This document shows positions 45,840 through 54,522 of a DNA stretch of 64,000 nt, in pieces (position 1 is the stretch's first letter; each line of letters opens with the position of its first letter). Below the pieces are notes generated by a model. It did no database searches, was not told the DNA's origin, and saw nothing but the letters and a program-made list of their open reading frames with translations. Both the position numbers and the translations under genes were made by a program. This DNA is from an uncultured Ruminococcus sp. (GTDB lineage: Bacteria > Bacillota > Clostridia > Oscillospirales > Acutalibacteraceae): positions 15,599 to 79,598 of the forward strand of contig CAJODI010000017.1 in the NCBI GenBank assembly GCA_905233145.1, in the 5' to 3' direction.

Positions 45840-48403
45840 ATCATACTTTTTAATTCGTAAAGCAAATTCATTGCCTCGATCGGAGTGAGAGTATTCAAAT
45901 CTGCCGACTTGATCTTGTCAATAACCGGGCTGTTTTGTTCGGCGAAAAGCAAGGGCGTTTGCTCATTGCTTTCACGCCTGTCGGCAACAACAGTCTCACC
46001 TCTGCCGCTTTCCAGCTCGGCCAAGATTTCCTTTGCTCTTGCGATAATCGACTGAGGAACTCCCGCAAGCTTGGCAACCTCAATACCGTAGCTGTCATCT
46101 GCTCCGCCCGGAACGATCCTTCGCAAAAAGGTTATGTCGTCGCCGCGTTTTTTGACCGCGACGCTGTAGTTTTTAACTCCGTCCAAAAGCTGCTCCATTA
46201 TTGTCAGCTCGTGATAATGCGTTGCAAAGAGCGTTTTTGCGCCGAGCTTCTTTTTGTCGGCACAAAATTCAAGCACCGCTCTTGCAATGCTCATTCCGTC
46301 GAACGTCGAGGTTCCCCTGCCGATTTCATCAAGAATAAGCAAACTTTTTGAGGTGGCTGATTTTACAATATTGGCTACCTCGCTCATTTCAACCATAAAG
46401 GTTGACTGTCCCGAAGCAAGGTCGTCGGAGGCGCCGACTCTGGTAAAAATGCTGTCAACTATACCGATTTGCGCTGATGATGCAGGAACAAAGCTTCCGA
46501 TTTGCGCCAAAAGCACAATCAAAGCTGTCTGGCGCATATAGGTAGACTTTCCTGCCATATTAGGACCGGTGATAATTGCGATACGGTCGGTTTTTGAGTC
46601 AAGATTAACATCATTTGGTACAAAAGGAGCGTCCTTTAAAAGGACCTCAACAACAGGATGCCTTGAATCTTTTATATGTATAGATGATGACTGATTGACC
46701 TCTGGACGAACATATCTGTTGTCGCAGGCAACGTTAGCCAGCGAGGTTATAACATCCAAAGCCGCAATCGCCTTTGCGGTTTTTTGAATTCTTTCCAGTG
46801 AATCGGCAACTTTGAGTCTTATTGCGTTAAAAAGCTCATATTCCATGCCAAAGGCTCTGTCCTTAGCTCCGAGAATCTGTGACTCAACGTCTTTTAGCTC
46901 GCTTGTTATGTATCGCTCGCAGTTTGTGAGCGTCTGCTTGCGAATATAGTTTTCGGGGACAAGGTCTTTATATGAATTTGTTACCTCGATATAATAACCG
47001 AACACCCTGTTGTAGCCGACTCTGAGCTTGGGAATACCTGTTTTTTTACGCTGTTCTGTTTCGATTCGCGTAAGGATTACGTTTGAATCCTTCATAATCT
47101 TTGTAACGGAATCCAAAGCCTGATTATATCCGGGCTTTATCATCTCTCCCTCGCGCACCGAAAACGGCGGCTCGTCCTTGATTGCCGAATCAATAAGATC
47201 GTGAATATCCTCAAGCTTATCAAGATATTTATGTATGTTGGCAAGATATCGTGACTTGCATTTTTCCGTAAGCTCAAAAAGCTGAGGAAGCGGAGCGAAA
47301 GCCGCGCAAAGCGCGCGCAAATCTCTCGCGTTTGCCGAACCATAAACAATTTTTGTCATGAGCCGTTCAATATCAAAGATTCCGCTCAGTGCTTCGGTAA
47401 TATCGAGTCTTAGAACAGTGTCGTTTACAAGCTCTTCAACCGCGCTTTGCCGATTATAAATCGACGTAATATTCATCAGCGGATGTTCAAGCCACGAACG
47501 AATAAGTCTTTTGCCCATTGCGGTTTTGGTTTTGTCAATTACCCAAAGCAGCGAACCTCGTTTTTCTTTTGTGAGCATGGTTTGAGTAAGCTCAAGATTT
47601 CTTTGAGTATTATAATCAAGGCGCATATACTGGCTTTCAGAATACACATTGATATGATTGATTCTTTCCATCCCTGTTTTTTGGGTTTCCGAAAGATAAT
47701 TCAAAAGTGCTCCTACAGCTATAACCGTAACCGGCATATTTGATATCTTTTCGTAATCTGCGCCAAACCGGTTTTTTACGGCTTTTTCGCATATGCTGAG
47801 CTCAAATTTGTGATCCTCCAACAGCTCAACACCGGCAGAAAGCTTGGTTTTAATAAAAGACGGCAGTTCTTTGAGCTTGATAATATCTCCGCCTATAAGG
47901 ATTTCGCTGGGATTGTATCCGGAAAGCTGATTTGTCAGTAAACTGAACGAATCCTTTCCAAATATTTCTGTAACATATAATTCTCCTGTAGAAATATCGC
48001 AAAAGCAAAGACCGATTTTTTTATCAATTGAAAACATGCAGCAGATATAATTGTTTTTGCTTTCATCAAGCATACTCTGCTCCATAACTGTGCCCGGAGT
48101 GATAACTCTGATGATATCGCGCTTTACAAGCCCCTTGGCGGTTGCGGGGTTTTCGATTTGTTCGCAAATCGCGACCTTGTAGCCCTTTGCAACAAGCTTA
48201 GCGATATATCCCTCACAGCTGTGAAAGGGTACTCCGCACATCGGAGCACGTTTTTCCTGGCCGCAGTCTCTGCCGGTTAGAGTAAGCTCGGCGTCCTCAT
48301 AGAACATTTCATAAAAATCTCCCAGCCGAAAAAACAGGATGCTGTCTTTATTCTGTTCTTTAATCTCAAAATACTGCTTCATCATCGGAGACAGATCTGC
48401 CAT
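45836..48403 (-). CDS. mutS: DNA mismatch repair protein MutS (7-aa in-frame deletion in domain I)
   Basis: GDFYE, MCGVP, GPNMAGKST, SGQSTF, DEIGRGT, HYHEL. Confidence 0.98.
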   Translation of the reverse strand: MADLSPMMKQYFEIKEQNKDSILFFRLGDFYEMFYEDAELTLTGRDCGQEKRAPMCGVPFHSCEGYIAKLVAKGYKVAICEQIENPATAKGLVKRDIIRVITPGTVMEQSMLDESKNNYICCMFSIDKKIGLCFCDISTGELYVTEIFGKDSFSLLTNQLSGYNPSEILIGGDIIKLKELPSFIKTKLSAGVELLEDHKFELSICEKAVKNRFGADYEKISNMPVTVIAVGALLNYLSETQKTGMERINHINVYSESQYMRLDYNTQRNLELTQTMLTKEKRGSLLWVIDKTKTAMGKRLIRSWLEHPLMNITSIYNRQSAVEELVNDTVLRLDITEALSGIFDIERLMTKIVYGSANARDLRALCAAFAPLPQLFELTEKCKSRYLANIHKYLDKLEDIHDLIDSAIKDEPPFSVREGEMIKPGYNQALDSVTKIMKDSNVILTRIETEQRKKTGIPKLRVGYNRVFGYYIEVTNSYKDLVPENYIRKQTLTNCERYITSELKDVESQILGAKDRAFGMEYELFNAIRLKVADSLERIQKTAKAIAALDVITSLANVACDNRYVRPEVNQSSSIHIKDSRHPVVEVLLKDAPFVPNDVNLDSKTDRIAIITGPNMAGKSTYMRQTALIVLLAQIGSFVPASSAQIGIVDSIFTRVGASDDLASGQSTFMVEMSEVANIVKSATSKSLLILDEIGRGTSTFDGMSIARAVLEFCADKKKLGAKTLFATHYHELTIMEQLLDGVKNYSVAVKKRGDDITFLRRIVPGGADDSYGIEVAKLAGVPQSIIARAKEILAELESGRGETVVADRRESNEQTPLLFAEQNSPVIDKIKSADLNTLTPIEAMNLLYELKSMI

Positions 48404-48432
48404 TATTACACCTCCGCGCGTTTAAAATAAAA

Positions 48433-48834
48433 TTAGTGGCAGCCTCCGCAGCTTGCGCAGCTGCCTGAACAGGACGAATAATCTGCTGTTTCGGGATCTG
48501 CACCCTCGGATGACTGCTGAACAATCGCGAGCACTCTGTTTGCGACAGCGTCATATTCCGACTTTGCCGCATTGTAGGCGATCATATTTTCATTAGACAT
48601 GATTTTTGAATAAACCTCTCTCATTTCGGCGTTGAGCTTGCTGAGCTTGTCAGGATCGCTGTCCTTCTTTGAGGATTCGCCGTTGATCGCCATTCTCTTT
48701 AGATTAAATTCACCGATAAGCGTTTGAAGCTCCTTGTCGGCGTCAGCCTTTGTCTGAACCTCATGAAGCTTTTTGTAGGTTTCCTCCTGCTGCAAAGCTT
48801 TTCCCAAATCTCTTGCCATTGTGATGATATCCAT
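48433..48834 (-). CDS. YlbF/YmcA (Ric) family protein
   Basis: ARDLGKALQ...DKELQTLIGEFN, Cys-rich tail CSGSCASCGGCH; between miaB and mutS. Confidence 0.8.
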   Translation of the reverse strand: MDIITMARDLGKALQQEETYKKLHEVQTKADADKELQTLIGEFNLKRMAINGESSKKDSDPDKLSKLNAEMREVYSKIMSNENMIAYNAAKSEYDAVANRVLAIVQQSSEGADPETADYSSCSGSCASCGGCH

Positions 48835-48853
48835 AAATATTACCTCCGGTTTA

Positions 48854-50266
48854 TTATTCCAGTTCGCCCTTTAATATCCAGTTTCGGGCTTTTGTGATTT
48901 TAACGTTTTGAAATGTGCCGATAAGCTCCTCGGGAGCATTCAGCTCTACAATTATGTTTCCGCTTGTTCGTCCGATTAATTCATTGTCTTTGCCGGTTTT
49001 GCCCTCTATTAATACTTTTTCGGTTTTTCCGACCATTGAGGAACAGCGTTTTGCAGCAATTTCCTCCTGAACGTCAAGCAGTTCTCTGAACCATTTTGAT
49101 TTTTCCTCTGCCGGAACCGGATCTTCCATTTTTGCTGCCGGCGTGCCCTCGCGCGGAGAAAAAATAAATGTAAACAGCGAGGTGAATTCTACCTCGCGTA
49201 TCAGCGAAAGCGTTTCCTTAAAATCCTCGTAGGTTTCGCCGGGAAAGCCGACAATAATATCGCTTGTGAGCGATACATCCGGAATTTTTTCCTTTGCGTA
49301 GCTTATGATTTCAAGATACTTTTTTCTGTCATAATGACGATTCATCGCCTTTAGGATCCTGTCCGAGCCGCTTTGAAACGGAAGATGAAGGTGACGGCTG
49401 ATATGAACGCTTTCGGCGATTGTGTCAATCAGTTCTTTTGAGCAATCCTTAGGATGAGAGGTCATAAACCGCAGCCAGTAGTCTCCGTCAATTTGATCGA
49501 TTTTTCTTAGCAGCTGAGAAAAGTTAGTCTTATTTTCAAGCGTTTTTCCATAGGAATTTACATTTTGACCAAGAAGCGTAATATCCTTATAGCCGCAATT
49601 TATCATTTCTTTTGCTTCCGAAACGATGATATCCGTTTCTCTGCTGCGTTCCCTGCCTCTTACGTAGGGTACGATACAATATGTACAAAAATTATTACAG
49701 CCGTACATAATCGGAAGCCAGCCCTTGAAAACGCCGTCTCGTCTGACCGGAATTCCCTCATAAAGCTTGTTGTCATCGTTACCGCGTTCAAATACACGCC
49801 TTCCGTTTACAAGTGAGCTGTACATCAGCTCCGGAAAGTGATGAAGTGAATGAGTGCCAAATACCAAGCCGACAAATGGAAAACTTTTGTAGATTCTTTC
49901 GGCGATATGCTTTTGCTCCATCATGCAGCCGCAAAGCGCGATAAGAATCTGAGGATGCTTGCGCTTAAGATTTTTTAGTGCGCCCACATTTCCGAAAACC
50001 CTGTCCTCAGCGTGTTCCCTGACGGCACAGGTGTTAAAAAGAATAAAATCGGCGTCATCCGGAGCGTCTGCGAACACAAAGCCCGAAACGCTGAGCATAC
50101 CCTTGATTTTTTCACTGTCTGCAACATTTTGCTGACAGCCGTAGGTACGGATAAACGCGACGGGCTTTTCTCCCCTTTTGCGAATTTCCATAAGCTCAGC
50201 AATCAGCTTCATATATTCAAACTGTGTTTCGGACAATTTATCAGCATGAATAACCGAATCTGCCAA
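48854..50266 (-). CDS. miaB: tRNA-2-methylthio-N6-dimethylallyladenosine synthase
   Basis: TYGCQQN, FNTCAVRE, GCNNFCTYC, C-terminal TRAM domain. Confidence 0.96.
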   Translation of the reverse strand: MADSVIHADKLSETQFEYMKLIAELMEIRKRGEKPVAFIRTYGCQQNVADSEKIKGMLSVSGFVFADAPDDADFILFNTCAVREHAEDRVFGNVGALKNLKRKHPQILIALCGCMMEQKHIAERIYKSFPFVGLVFGTHSLHHFPELMYSSLVNGRRVFERGNDDNKLYEGIPVRRDGVFKGWLPIMYGCNNFCTYCIVPYVRGRERSRETDIIVSEAKEMINCGYKDITLLGQNVNSYGKTLENKTNFSQLLRKIDQIDGDYWLRFMTSHPKDCSKELIDTIAESVHISRHLHLPFQSGSDRILKAMNRHYDRKKYLEIISYAKEKIPDVSLTSDIIVGFPGETYEDFKETLSLIREVEFTSLFTFIFSPREGTPAAKMEDPVPAEEKSKWFRELLDVQEEIAAKRCSSMVGKTEKVLIEGKTGKDNELIGRTSGNIIVELNAPEELIGTFQNVKITKARNWILKGELE

Positions 50267-50301
50267 ATAAACGCCTCCTAAATTATTTTACTAACCATTA
50301 T

Positions 50302-50330
50302 ATTATAACACAATATATATATCATTTCAA
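50302..50330 (-). promoter_or_regulatory. sigmaA promoter of the miaB-mutSL operon
   Basis: TTGAAA, 17 nt, TGnTATAAT. Confidence 0.65.
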
Positions 50331-50403
50331 TGTTTTTTTACAATATTTTGCGTTTACTAATACTATTATTAAGCCGCTAAATAATAATACACTCATAATT
50401 TGC

Positions 50404-50524
50404 CTAGTGCTTGTTTAATAAATAGCGGAATGCGCAAAAAGCGAGCGATTTTTTCGCAAGATGCAGTATTGAGGAAAAAGAGCCGGTCTTTTGGGCGTTT
50501 CTTCATTTATTAAACAAGCCTTAG
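50404..50524. mobile_element. MITE family 3, full copy
   Basis: CTAG|TGCTTGTTTAATAAAT...ATTTATTAAACAAGCC|TTAG; the right flank contains the yunB stop. Confidence 0.7.
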
Positions 50525-51168
50525 TATGAGCGGTATAGCTCTCCGTAGCCTGACGGTACTTCGCCGACAATCACAGACTGTGCAATTTCAAAATCTGTTG
50601 TAAAGCTAACCGAGCCGCTGTAATCCATTGAGGTTGTGATTATATCGGTTGTAACTATCAGCCTAATGTGGTGCAGGGTTTGATTGATCCCCGCGCTTTC
50701 AAAGCTGCTTTCAATCTTGCAGTTAAGGTTGCCGGTGACGCAAAAATTAATACTGATTTCAGGGCCTGCGTTTGACAGGAGAGTTAGATTTGTGAATGCT
50801 CCAAGTGGAATTTTGACCTCGCAATCTCTAAGCTTCTCAAGCTCTTTTTGCGCTGCGGAAGTAATCTCTGATTTTAAGTTATTTATCAATACGGAATCGG
50901 TTTCAACAGCTGTAACCCTGCTGTTTTCGGAATATGTTATTTTGGCAAGCCGATCATAGCTGTAGCTGCCGTGACTCAAGGTTTCTTCCACAGCTCTGCA
51001 AACAGCTTTGTTTGAAATAGTAACGGCTTGATTTTGCACGAATATCGGCTTGTATTCGGCAACCTGTCCTTCAAAAAGTACAGTAATCAAGATAAATACA
51101 GCAGAAATTATCAAGATGATAAGTTTGAGCGCAGTAAATCTGCGTCTATATCTTTTGTAATACAGCAA
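50521..51168 (-). CDS. yunB: Sporulation protein YunB
   Basis: N-terminal TM; IPLGAFT...GPEI...SSFESAGINQTLH...AQSVIVGEVP. Confidence 0.9.
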   Translation of the reverse strand: MLYYKRYRRRFTALKLIILIISAVFILITVLFEGQVAEYKPIFVQNQAVTISNKAVCRAVEETLSHGSYSYDRLAKITYSENSRVTAVETDSVLINNLKSEITSAAQKELEKLRDCEVKIPLGAFTNLTLLSNAGPEISINFCVTGNLNCKIESSFESAGINQTLHHIRLIVTTDIITTSMDYSGSVSFTTDFEIAQSVIVGEVPSGYGELYRSY

Positions 51169-51170
51169 AA

Positions 51171-51205
51171 AAGCACCCCTCGTATATCATATACGAGAGG
51201 TGTTG
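51171..51205 (-). terminator. Hairpin after the efp operon, overlapping the yunB RBS
   Basis: CACCCCTCGTATAT-C-ATATACGAGAGGTG. Confidence 0.55.
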
Positions 51206-51229
51206 ATTTGTGAATTATTGGTATTTAGA

Positions 51230-51715
51230 TTACTCTTTTTCTTCTTTGGGTTTACATTCCTCACAGTCGCAGTCGTCACAATCCTTGAATTCGTCGTCAA
51301 AGAGATCGGAAAAATCAAACTCAAGAAGCTCGCCGCAGTTTGGGCACTCAATTTCGCCCTCAAGAAGAACATCCTCGGATACGTTTAGCTTTTGTCCGCA
51401 GGCACCGCAGGTAACCTCGTAAAACGGATTCTCCTCGTCGTCATAATCATGACATCCGCAGTCGCACTCATCATCGTCACAGTCGTCAAAATCGCCGTCG
51501 TAAAGCTCTTCCTCAACTTCGGCAAGATCGTGGTCAATTTCGTCAACCTGTGCGCTGAGATCATCATAGAGATCTTCCATATCATCAACCGAATAAGCCA
51601 TATCCTCAAGCAGATTGAGGATTTCATTTATAACCTTAACCTCGGGCTTGGTTTCGTCGAGAGAAAGTCCCTCGGCAAGTCCCTTGATATAAGCAAGTTT
51701 TTCAGTAATATTCAT
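51230..51715 (-). CDS. CD1247-like acidic zinc-ribbon protein
   Basis: EKLAYIKGLAEG N-terminus, acidic coiled coil, CGACG...CPNCG. Confidence 0.75.
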   Translation of the reverse strand: MNITEKLAYIKGLAEGLSLDETKPEVKVINEILNLLEDMAYSVDDMEDLYDDLSAQVDEIDHDLAEVEEELYDGDFDDCDDDECDCGCHDYDDEENPFYEVTCGACGQKLNVSEDVLLEGEIECPNCGELLEFDFSDLFDDEFKDCDDCDCEECKPKEEKE

Positions 51716-51736
51716 AATAAACAATTCTCCCAAAGC

Positions 51737-52294
51737 TTAGGCTCTGCCCATATATTCGCCTGTTCTTGTGTCGATCTGAATAACCTCTCCCTCGTCAATA
51801 AAGAGAGGCACCTTGATTTCCGCACCGGTTTCAAGAGTTGCCGGCTTTGTAGCGTTCGTAGCTGTGTCGCCCTTAAAGCCCGGATCTGTCTTGGTAACCT
51901 GAAGCTCGACAAAGTTAGGCGGCTCAACGCCGAATACGTTGCCTTTGTAGGAAAGAATCTTGCAAATCATGTTCTCTTTAACAAACTTAAAGCTGTCGCC
52001 GAGTACGCTTTTGTTAATCGGGATCTGTTCCCAGGTTTCTGTATCCATGAAATAATACAAGTCGCCGTCAGAATAGCTGTATTCCATATCCTTCCTCTCG
52101 ATAAACGCTGTAGGATACTTATCGTTGGGGTTAAAGGTTTTTTCAACAACCGCACCTGTAATTACATTTCTGATTTTTGTTCTTACAAAAGCAGCGCCTT
52201 TACCCGGCTTTACATGTTGGAATTCAATGATTGATACAACCTGACCGTCCATTTCAAATGTAACGCCGTTTCTGAAATCACCTGCTGAAATCAT
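51737..52294 (-). CDS. efp: Elongation factor P
   Basis: [25 protein letters not shown]. Confidence 0.98.
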   Translation of the reverse strand: MISAGDFRNGVTFEMDGQVVSIIEFQHVKPGKGAAFVRTKIRNVITGAVVEKTFNPNDKYPTAFIERKDMEYSYSDGDLYYFMDTETWEQIPINKSVLGDSFKFVKENMICKILSYKGNVFGVEPPNFVELQVTKTDPGFKGDTATNATKPATLETGAEIKVPLFIDEGEVIQIDTRTGEYMGRA

Positions 52295-52394
52295 TTTGTT
52301 TTACCTCCTGTTATAACCTAATGCAACAACACCACTGTAATAATGTATTATTGCTATTACACACAACATTTGCGCTGTGATATCTTTATTTATT

Positions 52395-52423
52395 ATTATA
52401 CATAAAACTTACATAAATTGCAA
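52395..52423 (-). promoter_or_regulatory. sigmaA promoter of efp
   Basis: TTGCAA, 17 nt, TATAAT. Confidence 0.65.
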
Positions 52424-52431
52424 GTGTTTTA

Positions 52432-52460
52432 TTAGGGCTTGTTTAATAAAAAAGACAAAA
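52432..52460. mobile_element. MITE family 3, one-ended remnant
   Basis: TTAG|GGCTTGTTTAATAAA matches the TIR of the 50404-50524 copy. Confidence 0.55.
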
Positions 52461-52515
52461 CACCCGGCTGACAAAGCGTTTTGATCCGTTTTGCGTGTTT
52501 TTGCAAAAGATAAGA

Positions 52516-53604
52516 CTACAGAATCATGAGCTCCTTGGACAGATTAACGAAATTTTGATATCCGTCCTCAGTCACGCAAACCATGTCCTCGATCCTGACT
52601 CCGAATTTGTCCGGCAAATAAATTCCCGGCTCATCGGTAATAATCATGCCGCTTTTAAGAATCGACTCGCTTTTTGGAGAAACAACCGGAGCCTCGTGAA
52701 TTTCCAGCCCTACTCCGTGACCTACTGAATGCCCGAAATATTCGCCGTAGCCCGCGCCTTCGATAATTCTTCTTGCAGCTCTGTCAACCTCTTTGCACGC
52801 AGCACCCGGATTAATGGCTTCAAGAGCGGCGAGCTGAGCTTTTAGGACGATATTATATACGGTTATCATTTCCTCTGTTGCGCGTCCGACCGCAATTGTT
52901 CTTGTGGTATCGCTGCAATAGCCATCGTAAACCGCGCCGAAATCAAAGGTGACAAAATCTCCAACGCAAACCGAATCGTCTCCCGGTACTCCGTGCGGAA
53001 GCGAGGTTTTTTTGCCGGTAATTGTAATAAGGTCAAACGACGCTTTTTCCGCGCCGTATTGCTTCATAAAGAATTCAAGCCTTGCAGCAAGCTCTCTTTC
53101 CTTTACTCCGGGTTTAACGTAATTAAGCGTTTCAAGGAATGCGTTTTCGGCGATAATTTGGGCGGTCTGGATTTTGTCAAGCTCGGTTTCATCCTTTATT
53201 GAGCGGATTTCATTGATTTTTAAATCAACCTCTTCGTCGGCAATGCAGTATATACCCTTTGAATCTAGCTCTTTATTAAAGCTTTCAAAGCGTTTGACCG
53301 AAATATCAGAGGCTTCAAACCTAAGCGTCTTAACTCCGTTGTTTTCAGCCGTTTGAGCAAGCTCGGATAAAAGCTCTTTGAAGCAAACTATCCTACAGCC
53401 GAAGCAAGCCTTGAGTGCCGCCTCGTAATAACGAAAATCAACAAACAGAATGCTTTCGTTTTCGCTGACGAGCAACACACCCTCGCTTTTAAGAAAGCCA
53501 GAAAAATAACCTATATTCACCTCGGACGTAAGCACAAAAGCCTCGTCGCTGCTTTTAAGAAGTGATTTTAGACTACAGATCCTTTTTTCAAAAATCTCAT
53601 TCAT
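52516..53604 (-). CDS. Xaa-Pro aminopeptidase (M24B)
   Basis: Creatinase-like N-domain; TSLPHG, DFGA..DGYCSDTTRT, GHGVGLEIHE, EPGIY, GVRIED. Confidence 0.92.
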   Translation of the reverse strand: MNEIFEKRICSLKSLLKSSDEAFVLTSEVNIGYFSGFLKSEGVLLVSENESILFVDFRYYEAALKACFGCRIVCFKELLSELAQTAENNGVKTLRFEASDISVKRFESFNKELDSKGIYCIADEEVDLKINEIRSIKDETELDKIQTAQIIAENAFLETLNYVKPGVKERELAARLEFFMKQYGAEKASFDLITITGKKTSLPHGVPGDDSVCVGDFVTFDFGAVYDGYCSDTTRTIAVGRATEEMITVYNIVLKAQLAALEAINPGAACKEVDRAARRIIEGAGYGEYFGHSVGHGVGLEIHEAPVVSPKSESILKSGMIITDEPGIYLPDKFGVRIEDMVCVTEDGYQNFVNLSKELMIL

Positions 53605-54034
53605 TTGTAATTACCTCAATTGCGTTAATTGCCAAAAAGTAGCTTAGTTTGCCAAAGCCGGCGATTTGACCTCGGCAAACCGGAGCGATGACCGAAGTGT
53701 GTCTGAATTCCTCTCTGGCATGGATATTTGACATATGAACCTCGATATAAGGAATATTTACGCAGGCGATTGCGTCACGTAACGCATAGCTGTAATGCGT
53801 GAGCGCTCCGGCGTTTATTACCGCGCCGCAAAATCTGTCGCGTGAGGAATGGATCTTGTCAATCAAATCACCCTCATGATTTGACTGATAGATTTCTGCC
53901 TCAAAACCATGCTGCCCGGCGTATTCAATAATTTGTTTATTGATATCATCGGCAGTTTCCGCACCGTAAACGCCCTTTTCACGAACGCCTACCATATTAA
54001 GGTTTGGCCCTAAAATCACAAGAAGCTTTTTCAT
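53597..54034 (-). CDS. aroQ: Type II 3-dehydroquinate dehydratase
   Basis: GPNLNMVGVREKGVYG, QSNHEG, INAGALTHYS, EVHMSNIHAREEFR. Confidence 0.96.
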   Translation of the reverse strand: MKKLLVILGPNLNMVGVREKGVYGAETADDINKQIIEYAGQHGFEAEIYQSNHEGDLIDKIHSSRDRFCGAVINAGALTHYSYALRDAIACVNIPYIEVHMSNIHAREEFRHTSVIAPVCRGQIAGFGKLSYFLAINAIEVITNE

Positions 54035-54063
54035 AATTAATCACCATTAACAATCAAAACGTG

Positions 54064-54092
54064 AAAAGCGGACAGATTGCTCTGTCCGCTAA
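54064..54092 (-). terminator. rpsU terminator
   Basis: AGCGGACAGA-TTGC-TCTGTCCGCT with a U-tract on the minus strand. Confidence 0.75.
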
Positions 54093-54097
54093 ATGTA

Positions 54098-54274
54098 TTA
54101 TCTGTATTTGCGTTTGCGGGCTGCTTCGGATTTCTTTTTACGCTTTACGGAAGGCTTTTCATAAGCTTCTCTTTTGCGAACCTCAGCAATAACGCCTGCC
54201 CTGGCACACTGCTTCTTGAATCGTCTTAACGCGCTCTCAAGAGACTCATTCTCTTTTAATCTAATCTCTGCCAT
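54098..54274 (-). CDS. rpsU: 30S ribosomal protein S21 (missed by the ORF track, 58 aa)
   Basis: Translates to [58 protein letters not shown]; RBS GGGAGGG. Confidence 0.97.
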   Translation of the reverse strand: MAEIRLKENESLESALRRFKKQCARAGVIAEVRKREAYEKPSVKRKKKSEAARKRKYR

Positions 54275-54330
54275 CTATCTTCCCTCCCATCTGCCATATG
54301 GCATGGGTAATTTGCATAAGTGCATAAGCT

Positions 54331-54359
54331 ATTATACAATATGTTGTTTTTCTTGTCAA
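54331..54359 (-). promoter_or_regulatory. Consensus sigmaA promoter of rpsU
   Basis: TTGACA, 17 nt, TATAAT. Confidence 0.85.
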
Positions 54360-54475
54360 TAGAAATGTAGAATTTTATAATAATTTTTATTTAAAGGGAA
54401 TCTCTGATAAGTTATTGTCGTGCAAAAATGCGCGGCAAATGTTTTGAGGATTCCGTAAATAAGCTAACGGATTTC

Positions 54476-54516
54476 TTAAGGCAATACCGCATAATTCGTG
54501 TGCGGTGTTGCCTTAA
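54476..54516. mobile_element. MITE family 1, copy G (TIR-only, 33-bp core)
   Basis: TTAA|GGCAATACCGCATAATTCGTGTGCGGTGTTGCC|TTAA, 6 bp downstream of the leuS stop. Confidence 0.8.
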
Positions 54517-54522
54517 AGCTTT

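Noticed and set aside
43691-50266. miaB-ylbF-mutS-mutL-miaA linkage as a novel system
   Set aside because: This is well-known conserved Firmicutes synteny.
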